A DNA stretch of 63,490 nucleotides, counting the filler, from Hausera hauseri (lineage: Eukaryota), in assembly GCA_046269625.1 (NCBI GenBank). It is 11 parts of 11 records of this genome, joined end to end, with 100 filler letters (N's around TTAATTAATTAA, not from the genome) between each part and the next. Parts side by side here need not be neighbours in the genome. Positions count along the whole stretch, not along the records: positions 39,945 to 45,359 come from JBJURY010259622.1; positions 45,460 to 53,301 come from JBJURY010901425.1; 9 more parts are not named here. One strand, given 5' to 3'. The translations under genes were made by a program, and so were the position numbers. The notes under the pieces were generated by a model, which saw only the letters and a program-made list of their open reading frames with translations, was not told where the DNA came from and searched no databases. This document shows positions 40,196 through 51,310 of this stretch, in pieces; position 1 is the first letter of the stretch, and each line of letters starts with the position of its first letter.

Positions 40196-41820
40196 CAGGT
40201 AGGCAAGTATTTCTCCCAAGTCGTTTGAGCCCATAACTTTTATTTTCTGATGACTAATCGCAAGTAATGGCTTAATTTAAAGCTGACACTATGGCCTAAC
40301 TAATAAAAAAGATTATCAAATTTCATTGGATAAAACCAAATTGGTCATTTTTCAAGAAAATTTACTGGAATTAAAAAAATGAACAACAAATAAACATTGA
40401 TAAAATGATCATGTCTGGTTTCAACACTGCGTCCGTCTCGCTCAATGCTAACTCGCATTCGGCGCACAAAATCCTGTACTGTTTTATCGATCATCTCCGG
40501 AGAGATTTGCTGGATTTGGTTGACGATTTCCTCACGAAGGTCGTTCAGATTGACAAAGGCTATCGGTATAAACTTTGCCCCTGCAAAAATAATCCATCCA
40601 AGTGAGATCAGGGCGATATGGGGGCATTGGATAGGACCCGGATGTGCCTCAGAGCCGATCCAGTGATCTGCGAAGGTTTGATCGAGATAGCGCACTTCCA
40701 GTGCTTTGTGAGAGGGTGTTCCATCTTGCATAAACATGATATTGTGGAAATTTGGAAGCTGTTGCATTGCCAGAGTGACGTTGTTCTCGAGCATTTGTTT
40801 GTACCAACGAGTGTTGATTCCTTTTTCTTTCGGGAATGCGGGGTCATAAAGCAAAAAGAACGGTCTGATAATTCCATGCGTACCAATTCTGAGCCAGACG
40901 GTCACTTTCGGGGAATGGAGAGGCTCCTCTGCGTACCAGTGTGCATTGGTGTCACTCCAACAGCGAAAGTTGTGCCGATTCACCCCGCTGTGGAGATGAA
41001 AACGAGCCTCGTCGGAGAACATCAGATTTCCGAGAAGATTGAGATTATCTTCGAGACGCTGAAGCATGTAACAAGCAAAATTAACACTGGTTTCGTAGTC
41101 GGTTGGGAGCGATTCTTGGAGCTTTTAAGGGTGAAATTTTGTTTCAAAATCCTTCCAACATTTCTGGGTAAAATTTCAACTCCACTGGCGACAAATTAAA
41201 TTGTGATTTTCCACAAATATTTTACGGGTATGCTCGATTTTTTCTTCACTTCGGACTTATCATATATTGTTCATTGCTGCAAGCTAGCATCATGAAAATT
41301 TTTGTTCCACTTCTGAATTGTCTTATAGTAAGGAACATGCGCATGCTTTGCATTCTCTTTGTGGACTCTAACAGCAAATGTGGTGTATTCACGCTTCGAG
41401 TTAACCCAACAGTAATAAAAACGAACTTTTTCATGGTTTGAATACGGCATCTTAACAAAAAAAATATAAAATTAGTCATCAACCAAATCCAGCAAATCTC
41501 ACCGGAGATGATCGATAAAGCAGTTCAGGATTTTGTGCACTGCCTATGAATGCGTATTGAGAGAAATGGACGCAGTGTTAAAACAAGATAAGATCATTTT
41601 AGAAATGCTTATTTGTTCATTTTTTAATTACAGTAAATTTTCTTGAAAAAATGACTAATTTTTTAAAAGGCTATAACTTTGGTTTCCCCATGAAATTTTA
41701 ATCTTTTATTAGTTAGGCCATAGTGTCAGCTTTAAAATAAGCCATTACTTGCGATACGTCATCAGAAAATAAAAATGTTATGGGCTCAAACGACTTGGAA
41801 GAAATACTTGCACTACCCTG
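40196..41820 (-). mobile_element. Tc1/mariner-superfamily (DD41D/rosa-like) transposon with ~330-bp TIRs; transposase frameshifted
   Basis: TA|CAGGTAGGCAAGTATTTC... and ...GAAATACTTGCACTACCCTG ends. TIRs at ~40196-40525 and ~41476-41820. Motifs FSDEARFHL, HSPKVTVW, MQDG, and frameshifted PDLTWMDYF. Confidence 0.9.
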
Positions 41821-42299
41821 AATATTAACGGTGACTAATTTTTGATTTTTAAACTCTAAAACATGTAGCAACTTCAAATATGAGTCTTCTATGCATCCGT
41901 TCTTCTGCACGATTAATAAAACGTTAGCGTACGCTCTCTTACCCCCAATAGTTGTAGATTACAAGTAAAATGTTCACGTAAAAATATCCAAGTAAGATGT
42001 ACAGGGAGGTTCTTAAATGGGCAAAAAAATCACTTATTTTCAGTGCTTGTTGCTAATATTGTTCATTATTGTAAGAAAATGCTTGGTGCCAAACATGGTT
42101 TATGTATGAATGTATTCACTGTCACACGTGGATTTATTGTGCATTTCAATATAGGCCTATGGCACTGCGCTCACCAAGTTGCATATACCCAGCAGTTCAA
42201 CAAAAGACAAATTTAACTATTTTGTTAATTGTTATACCAATTTGCCGCACTGCACGTTCACAGTTTGCAGTTCATCCAGAAGTATCACAACTGTCCCAG

Positions 42300-44480
42300 T
42301 CATCCAGTTCATTTCTGTAGTGCGTGCTCGGAGAATCCAAAGTCGAACGAAGTATGAGTCTTCTTTACATGGGGGAACTGACGGCGATGACACTCAAAAA
42401 CTTGCAGCAGAAATTGACGTTGCTGTTCGTTCTTCATTAGGAGCTGATTGTAGTCATGGATCAGTGCTACACCACGTTCTGCAAAATCGTTGACGGTGAC
42501 GATTCCGCTCAGGATTTGCTGTGATGACCGGTACGACGAGTTATCACCCACTCACTGGGGTCTTTCTTCAAGTCGATGGTGACTTTAAATTCCACGAAAA
42601 TTCGAATTGAGGCTGAAGTAATGAAATCTACTAGCGTCTTAGCTGTGATGACTTCTGTTGCTGTCAGATCCACCTGCACCCGTAGATGAGGGTTCTGTTG
42701 GCCATCATTAGTTTAACGTCAACTTCGACACTATCATCATACAGATCGAGTCTCACATGCTCTTCACTGAGGTATCACAGATGATTGGTAAATATTTTGC
42801 TAATGGCTTTGGTAATCTGTAAATCAGGATACGAAATGAGTCCCTTTAAGAGAGCTAGATCCCCAGATGGGGAGGCAATGGCGGATGAAGCATTATACCA
42901 GATTTTGGCACCAGCAAAAGCTGAAAAGCGTTTCACGCCTCTAAGTTCTTTCTCGGTCTTTCGAAACTGACTTCTAAACAGGTAGAATCTGATGAGGTGG
43001 ATTACAAGGGCCTTTCAACGTGCTCGATGTATGGCTTCTGGTTGACTGAATCTGAACTCTCTTGGAAGATGCTCGCCATATAGAATGATAGTGAACTCTA
43101 GAAGTTCACGGTAGTCGCTGCGTAGTTGAGACGATGTCAGTTTGCAGTTGCAGAATAACACGACGTATTTCTTGCGGCTGAAAAATACGCAGGAAACTGC
43201 GGAATCCATATCATCTGGCGTGATTGACTCAAATTTGCTTTCTTCAATGAAATTCCAGATTGCCTGGAAGCGTTTGAAGATGGATGTCAGGTCTTGTCGA
43301 TGGACACAGGTATGTTGCGAAGGAAGCTTTCACACCAATTCTAGGATGTGATGACGTCAAGAAAAGTGAAATAGTTCAAGTCCGAATTCTTGCTGAAAAA
43401 TAGTGCATGCATCAAGTGCTGACCCTATGTTGCTGGCTGTCGTATCGAAGCTCATGCCCACAACCTTGTATTGACACTGCCAATCCTAGAGGCACTATGT
43501 AACGGCAATTGCTGTTGATTTACCAGTTCCTTCTGGCAGCCTTAAAACGCCCAGACGTTTTTCATCTCCTCTTGGATCAATGACAATGACAGGAAGAAGG
43601 TCAACTTTTTGGTTGTCATTGTCTGGAAATAATTTGCCATCCAGTAAACGATCAAACTTGCATTTCCGGTATAGGATGCTCGAATGTTATCTGATATTGC
43701 CTTCCGTTGAATTCGCCTGCTTGTCCTGATCAATGTCTGGTTGATGGCGAACTCCGAGGGGTCGTGTCCCAAAGCATATGTGGACAAGATGTGGACGGCG
43801 TACCGGTCTCTGACCTGGGTTCGGTGAAGGATACAGTCAGCTCTACTGTGACTATGTCCCTCCTTTCTCGACGTGACCTCGCTGTATCATACGAACCGGC
43901 AAATGTGTCTTGATCACTGGCTTCAGCTTCTGACGATAATGCTGGCGCCAGAAAAATAATCTTGTCTCGAATTGTTTGCTTCTTCATTTTGTGCCGTACC
44001 CTTGCAGTCAACAGCTCATTGCGTCAAAGCGTGCGTTCTTTTGCAGCTAGGACGTGTTGACACCTGCCACAGAACCTCGGCGACCTGGATCACGTTGTGT
44101 TTAAAGGAATTTGTAGTCCTCCGAAATTTGAATGATCTGAAGTGCATCCACATGAGCGATGTCGAACACGTCTTGGAGGCTGGTTTGAAACTCTTCTTCT
44201 TCCTTTAACTGAGGTGCGGATTGACGGCTCTTTCCTTTCAGGATAGACTTATAGTCTTCCAGTTTTCTCTGACAGATGCACAATGTCTCTAGAACAACAA
44301 CCGTTGCCGCGCTCCTGATCTCCAGTTTGTCAACATGATGTAGCTTGCAGTATCGCTGGAAAACCTCTTTCCAAAGTGGTAACCGAGTTTCTGTAAATTT
44401 GTCAATTGGGAATCCGATCAACCAAACTTCATCTTGTTCTCTTCATCTTATCAAGCGATCGTGCCATTCTAGCCTTAAGA
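42300..44480 (-). mobile_element. hAT-superfamily (hATm-like) transposase pseudogene
   Basis: RLPLWKEVF, EEFQTSLQDVFDIAH, GMSFDTTASNIG, RHHILEL, RSDYRELLE, IHRAR, VNDFAERGVALI...HRRQFP. Confidence 0.75.
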
Positions 44481-44864
44481 TTAAAACTAAATCTAAACTA
44501 AAAATTGTTAAAACATTTAAGCTACTTCTGTCGTATTAAATCAATATCCAAAGAATATTTAAATTACTGTTAGTCCTTACTAAACGTCTGCATGCAGCGG
44601 GACCACAGTTTGGTAACTAACGATAAAACATTCGGGGTCAGAAAAAGCACAGAAAAGAGTCAAAATTCAGGGTTCTTGTGATAGTATTAAAAGTTGAAAA
44701 GTCAAATAAAACTTCGCCTAACTTATTTTTTATGCTATTTGAATAAAAAATTGCAAAGGCACTTCGATAAAATAAATGTTAACTTTTAAGGACCATATAC
44801 TTAGATATATGCAATGATTTGGTACAAAGCAAAAAAAAATCAAAATAAAAATTCCCTATTAAAT

Positions 44865-45359
44865 ACCTTATACAATCGAACTGGGGAGTCTGTATAAGAA
44901 CGACATGGCTTAATATCAGTAATTTCGAATACTGAAGCAGCTTTCTGTCTAATGTCAGAAAGCTGTTGACTGTCACAAAGAGTATCAGCGGCAGAACTTG
45001 ATCGATGACAATATTTGTAGCTAGAACTTCCTGGACACTGACACAAGAAGTTGCTTGCTATAACCTTTGTCATTTCAATATTTTCTGATTCTATCATAAT
45101 TTAGTAAACATGTTTGTAGTTCGAATAACTGTACTAGTTAAATGGTCTCTAGTTTGACCAGGGATGCACGATTCTGTACAACGATATCGAATTCTGTTCC
45201 AAATTCCTTTGAATCGTGAAAAAATATTGGTCAAAGATATTTCTGTCCCCGCAATTTTTCTCAAATCTATATGGCTTCCGGCCAAGCTGGTTGTTAGTGG
45301 ACTAACATAAATGGGATACCCAATGGGTAAATCACAACTAGAGTTAACCAAGTTTCGTA
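44865..45359 (-). CDS. PCNX: Pecanex C-terminal region fragment (host gene or pseudogene); frame break near 45095
   Basis: RNLVNSSCDLPIGYPIYVSPLTTS matches the conserved pecanex C-terminal motif. Confidence 0.8.
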
Positions 45360-45459
45360 NNNNNNNNNNNNNNNNNNNNNNNNNNNNNNNNNNNNNNNNN
45401 NNNTTAATTAATTAANNNNNNNNNNNNNNNNNNNNNNNNNNNNNNNNNNNNNNNNNNNN

Positions 45460-45603
45460 TTTACTGAACCTTGGCGAGATGATATTAATCCATCAGGTTA
45501 TACAGTACCCAGAGATGAAACAGAAAATCATTTTAAAGAAATGATGCATCGAAATAGACAAAATATACATAAAAATCAGCAAAATTCACAAACAATTTGT
45601 TAG
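45460..45603 (+). CDS. 3' end of an unknown ORF converging on viral unit A
   Basis: Open from the contig start: FTEPWRDDINPSGYTVPRDETENHFKEMMHRNRQ...TIC*. Confidence 0.35.
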   Translation, partial: FTEPWRDDINPSGYTVPRDETENHFKEMMHRNRQNIHKNQQNSQTIC

Positions 45604-46059
45604 TGTTAGAAATCATATACGCTAAAAATTTATTTTTATTTATATAAAAAATAAAATTTATTCTCGGGAAAAACAAGAGTCTCTGATAGCCCAGATCATA
45701 CTTTATAACAAATGCAGAAATTTCAGTTCGCACTCTGGGCACGGTGTGAGGGGTGAATATGGGAACGTACACGAATCCGTAAATTTAAAAATAAAAAGTC
45801 AAAAAATCTGTAACCATATTAGCACACAACAAAGAACAAAGAAACAAAGACAAATTTTAACACACAATATTATGATGATTTAGAAATACAACGAATATTA
45901 CAGAATTTGCGTGAAAATGTGTTATTTAAATAAATGTTTAGTTCAACTTTTTATCTTTTCCCTCTATTTATAACTTAATAAAAAATATAAAAACCAAATA
46001 AAAACGAAACAAAGAAATAATAAACAAAGACATTTTTATACATACTAAAATTTATTTTA

Positions 46060-46754
46060 CTACACATAGCTTTCCATAGGTTCTGTATCTGCATCGCTAA
46101 TCCCACAGCTATCGGCATCACTGCTGTCCTCTGCAAGTTTCAAGATAGGCTTGTAACCGTTAGGTGGGTCAGGCTCTGGCACCCGCTCCTCACCTAACGT
46201 ATACTCAACAGCGTTCAGGGCTACTCTCGGGAGTGGAGAGCCGGCTGGACGCTGAACTATTCTCGGATCGAGACACTTACCTAAAAATAATAAAATACAA
46301 AATAAAATAATTAAATACCCTGTTGCCGTTTACCTTTTAGAGCAAAACAAATCAAACAATCGTTTCCCCAATCATAGATCGGAAACGGATTGTGTGAACA
46401 CAAAATCTCTTGTCTGTGCAAATTGTCACAGATATCTTCAGCACTACGTCGAGGTGCGGAATACACATCACGCACAGGGTCACCATCGTCGTCGCTGGCA
46501 AATACTCGGAGAAGACTGCAGAGATGGATCGGATCCTTTATCGAATATACAGTTTGCATTTTCTCATACAGATGAAGAATTTGTTGCATCATGTGCAGGT
46601 TATGTATGCATAAACGGTTGACATGCTGGAGATCGGCTGTCTCCTCTGGTGGGATATTATAGCGGATTTCAACGTTACGAACAAGGTCGCACAAGCTGTC
46701 GATACTATACTGCAATTTAAGCAACTTCGAAAGGAATTCACCGTGTTCACCCAT
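46060..46754 (-). CDS. Viral accessory gene ORF2, copy A: two exons (46754-46319, 46280-46060), 38-nt GT-AG intron; Cys/His-rich
   Basis: Spliced product ...LCSHNPFPIYDWGNDCLICFALKGKRQQG|KCLDPRIVQRPAGSP...TEPMESYV* is colinear with copy B. Confidence 0.75.
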
Positions 46755-46847
46755 TAATAATAAAATAAGACTAGAACAACGAAATATTTATTCACTGTAC
46801 AATCTATTTTTAGCAACACAAATGAGCACCAATCAGATAAAAATTAA

Positions 46848-48370
46848 TCACAAAGTAATGTGGTCATCACGACCCCACGTGTCCTCAATATCGTCAAACG
46901 TAACATTAGCTGGTGCACTGTTGTACTCAGTAGGAACATTTCCAGTATTCAAATAATTAATTTGACTATCTCTACTAATCAACCCCGCCCGCCAAGCATC
47001 TCTTTCTGCAAACGGTATATGGCAGATTTCGCTACACATATGATATGGGCTTAAAATTTCACGATGATAAAGTGGTCTGTAATTTCTAATGTTATCATAA
47101 TTGATAGGAGTATTAAGATCATCATCGTCGTAACTAGGAGAATGAAACAATTCGTCCTGGGAATTTATAGATAAAGATTGATGAGGCGGGATAACTACAG
47201 GAATACCAGTTGGCAAACTACTAATAGGTAATGTGTCACTACTTTCCATAGGAATAACTTGAGGAGTGCTCTGCATCAATGGAGTACCAACGACTTCTAC
47301 TTGTGGTCGCACATATTCACTTGCAAGTTTTCTAAAATCAATTCTATTATCAATCAAAAACCTATCCCTACTTTCATCCGTTTGATACAACATGAAATCG
47401 CCGAACTCATAAAGTAAACAGCGTTTCATGCAGGCCTCTTTCTGACTTAAATCCATCCTTCGAGGCCAGAAGGAGGATTGCGAGTTGTATGTAAAGATTA
47501 CGGGGATACTCGAGGGAACGACAACACTTTTATAGAGTCCCCTAATACTTCGATTGTCATGTATATTATTGCACTGTACAATGCTTAAAAATATGTCAGG
47601 GCAAACTTCCGAAAAACCCACATCATCGAAAATTATTATGTCGTAGTTTGGAGACCACTCTGATGGGGTATCATGCAGGCTATGTAAAATCAACGGGTTC
47701 TTCCCGTGACTTAGGGCGAAACAAGTTTTCCCTATATTGCTCGAACCGAATAATAGGGCTGTATTAACTCCGTTCTCCAAGCGAAACTTAATGGGTGGAA
47801 TAGTAAATATGTATTGCGGATTTGTTTCTATCTTAGGCTTGAACTTATTTGCACAGTATGTCTGCAGTAATTTGTGCCGTGTAACAAACTCCGCACGGTC
47901 TCCCTCTTTCATTATGTTCATTGCTTCCGAGACCGTGGGAGCATCATCAAATAGCCTATACAAGGCTTTCCTACTGTTATTATCTTTGTGCAAATCTATG
48001 GGTGGAGTCCCTAGCTGCATCACGAATGCGTTGTTATTCTTCTCGTGATACTTGTAGACCGCAAAAACGTTACTGCGGAACGGGATGACGTAGAGAAAAT
48101 CAAACAATGTTTTGAACCTGTGTAACCTCATGGGGTTACGCATATAAAACAGATAATGAAGGTGGTGGAAGCCACTTGGTGATGTGTCTTCGACCACCTT
48201 GAGATAAAATTTTACAGACAACGAAATACGAATAAAATTAATCAATCATTACAAGATCATCACCATCGTTAATTTTTGTCACGGCCATAAAATGCCGAAA
48301 TGTCGCGCCTTCTGGTGGCTATACCAACTCCGAAATCTTATCGGGAAATCTCTGTTGTAAAGCATCAGTG
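46848..48370 (-). pseudogene. rep: CRESS-DNA-virus-type Rep (HUH endonuclease + SF3 helicase), copy A, 5'-truncated
   Basis: RCR motif II EDTSPSGFHHLHYL, motif III YKYHEK, Walker A GSSNIGKT, Walker B IIFDD, motif C FTYN. Stop and frameshift at 48240-48325; similarity to copy B ends at 48370. Confidence 0.9.
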
Positions 48371-49623
48371 ACAATGTAACGATTACAATACCAATTAACA
48401 TGACATTCAGTATTCAATTCCAAAATGATTTATACAAATGGAATGAATTAAAAACTCCATATTTCCAACCATACATATGGACAAGAGAAATAAATGATTT
48501 AATGACATATTATGAGTTTTGGAGGCCTAAACATATGAAAGTGAAATTTATGAATGCACAACCAACATATCAAACAGGCACAGTGGACTTTAAAGGAATA
48601 AATCCAGAATGCAGATTACAATTTTTCGTGGACTATAAAAATGTATTTTACAATTACGAAAACAGACCTAATACAGAAATAACAGGTCAAACAGCATTAC
48701 TTGCTTATTGGAATGAAGGATTATTAAAAAATGATAATTATTTATTAGGTTGGAGTACAAGTACAACAAATATTACAACACCAGCGTGGTGCCCAACACG
48801 TACATTACCAATATTAACAGATAATAGAGGAAATCAACCAACAGTTAGGAAATATTATGAACATTTACCATTTCAAAGTGGTGTAACAGAAATTATTGCT
48901 AATGAACCAGACTTATTTACATACGAATACACACCAACTCATGATTATTGGAAACAAACACATTTAAGTGCAATGTTATGGAATTACGTTAAAACTAATA
49001 ATGGAAAAGTCGATAATTCACAATTTGGAACATTAACAGATGATAAAATTCCTTGGATTGCAGACAGATTCGACTACTTACATACAGAAATAATCCAACC
49101 GAATTGGAATACATGTAGTAATTGGTTCAACATAGCTAAGGATGAAATTGTTAGTAAATGCCATTATGATATTAGATTAGATGATAAAACGTACAAAAAT
49201 TGGAAATTAAATTATCATTATGAAACTAGTAGTTTAGGAAAAACTTACGAATATTGGTGGAGGGATACTGATTATATACAAGAAGAAAAACCTATGCCGG
49301 GATTATACTTTAAAATTAGTCCACTTGCAGGAATAGATAACAATGCATGTGCACAAACATGTCAAATGAATGTAACAATAGATTATACATTTGAATTTAC
49401 AAGAAATCAAATAAATGAAATGAGAAGACAAGCTTATATAATGAGTGCGAAAGACACGCAAATACCACTTAAAAGGAAATACTATAAAGCTTGGTTTCCT
49501 GTGTGCCAACCAGTTACAACATTTATCTCTAAAAAGAATAATGAAGGTCACATTACAAGTATAAAAGAAGTATGGGATAAAAAGGACATGCTCAGTAACA
49601 TGTTCAGTTATTACAACGTGTAA
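48371..49623 (+). CDS. Parvovirus-type capsid protein (VP), 5'-truncated, otherwise open (407-aa ORF from 48400)
   Basis: TPYFQPYIWTREINDLMTYYEFWRPKHMKVKFMN...RLQFFVD and KPMPGLYFKISP...QMNVTIDYTFE parallel the parvoviral VP jelly-roll segments (..FRPK.....N..Q.F.D; PPP.I.IK; V.I.WE). Confidence 0.75.
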
Positions 49624-49625
49624 AA

Positions 49626-50243
49626 ATGAATTACAAACTTTTTGAAGACGAAGCGAGAAAAAATGTACATTTCATTATCTCCACTTGTGTTTATGACTTA
49701 CCTGACGATTGTCCAATTGATATGTTACACAATAAATCCAATCTTCCAAAACTTATCAAAAGCATTATTTCAAGCAACGGTGGCAAAGTTAATACAATAC
49801 AATTACTTGGTCCCAGAAATTGCGGCAAATCATTCTTCATCAATTTACTAACAGCTAATAAAAATGTTGGTGCCATTCATAACATGTTTTCGCGCAGTAA
49901 TTTTTGGTGTCAAGATTTAATTGGGAAAGATATTTATGTTGGAGAAGAAATAATGCTTGATCAATTTAATGCTTAATATTTTCTAATGTTAATGGAAGGC
50001 AGTCAATTGACTCGTGCAGAAAATAAATTTCAACATAGTTCGAAGTTACCGAAGAAACCTATGATTATTGCAAGTAACGAGTGTCCGTTTCGTCATGTTA
50101 GTAGTATGTATGATGCGTTCATTGTCCGAAGATTATTGATTACTTTTATAAAACCAATTCAATTCAGTATGCCTATCAATTATGATGATATAGAAGTGCA
50201 GAGGATTTTACAGAGTTTGCGGGATAATGTTTTATTTAAATAA
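49626..50243 (+). pseudogene. Stand-alone parvovirus NS1-type SF3 helicase/ATPase (~205 codons, one premature stop at 49974-49976)
   Basis: KVNTIQLLGPRNCGKS (Walker A), NFWCQD, YVGEE (Walker B), LMEG...ENK, PMIIASN (motif C), AFIVRR. Own ATG 2 nt after the VP stop; no HUH domain; its stop overlaps AATAAA. Confidence 0.85.
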
Positions 50244-50553
50244 ATTTTTTTACTACTTTGCTATGTTTTGGTTTTTTTTTTTTCGTTTTTGGGTGTCCGG
50301 AGCAGTGAAACTATGGGGCAGTGTAGTTAGTGGGGTTATTCTTTTAAAGAATCATTCTAATTCAAACCTAGCTAGTGTGAACGAGCTTACGCAGTGGTCT
50401 GGGCACGGAGTGAGGGTGTAGATGGGCACGTACTCGAATCCGCAACTTTGGTTACAAAAATTCATAAAAAATCTGTTACCATGGAAACGTAAACAAAGAC
50501 ATACGAAACAAAGAACAAAAAACACAAAGACAATTTTAAGTTTGAAATTTTTA

Positions 50554-51214
50554 TTAGACAAAGGAAACCATAGGCTCAGTGTCATCAGTCTCGTTTTCAG
50601 CTTCTTCATCAATTACATCAGAAACCACATACGATCGCGTGGAACACACAGGCCCAGCAACCACCTCATAGCGGTCAACATCAAGGGCTATCCGGGGGCG
50701 TGGAGAGCCGACTGGACGCTGTACTATTTGGGGGTCCAACCACTTTCCTAAAAATAATAAAATAAAAATCGAAAAATAAAATACCTTGTTCCCTCTTACC
50801 TCTCAAGGCAAAACAAATTAAACAGTCATTCCCCCAATCGTAAATAGGAAAGGGGTTATGACTACATAAAATTTCTTGGCGATAGAGACTGTCGCAGATA
50901 TCTTCCGCCACTCGAGGATTACACGAATACACGTCACAAACACCACCATCAGATTCGTCAGCAACACGTAATAGAGAACATAAATGCAAAGGATCCTCAA
51001 TTTGAAATTTTCCTTGCATTTTTTCATATAAAACGAGAATATCGTGCATGAGATTCAAATTATGCAAACACAAACGCGATATGTGTTGCATATCTGTGAT
51101 CTCTTCAGGAGGAAGGTTATACCGTATCTCGACATTCCTCACATGATCACACAAACTGTCAATCGAATATTGTAATTTCAACAATTTGGATAAAAATTCA
51201 GAATTTATAGACAT
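50554..51214 (-). CDS. Viral accessory gene ORF2, copy B: two exons (51214-50785, 50747-50554), 37-nt GT-AG intron
   Basis: ...DCLICFALRGKREQG|KWLDPQIVQRPVGSP...TEPMVSFV*. Intron position is the same as in copy A. Confidence 0.75.
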
Positions 51215-51310
51215 AATGAAATACTAAGTCAAAACAACAAAACTCAGAACTATTTATTACAACTGTACACACATAAAAATAAACACACATAATGAGCATC
51301 CAATAGCAAT

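Noticed and set aside
20549-50243. pPolB + parvoviral capsid + SF3 helicase read as a bidnavirus
   Set aside because: The genes lie on different contigs separated by artificial spacers, and the pPolB is Polinton-type. There is no evidence of linkage.
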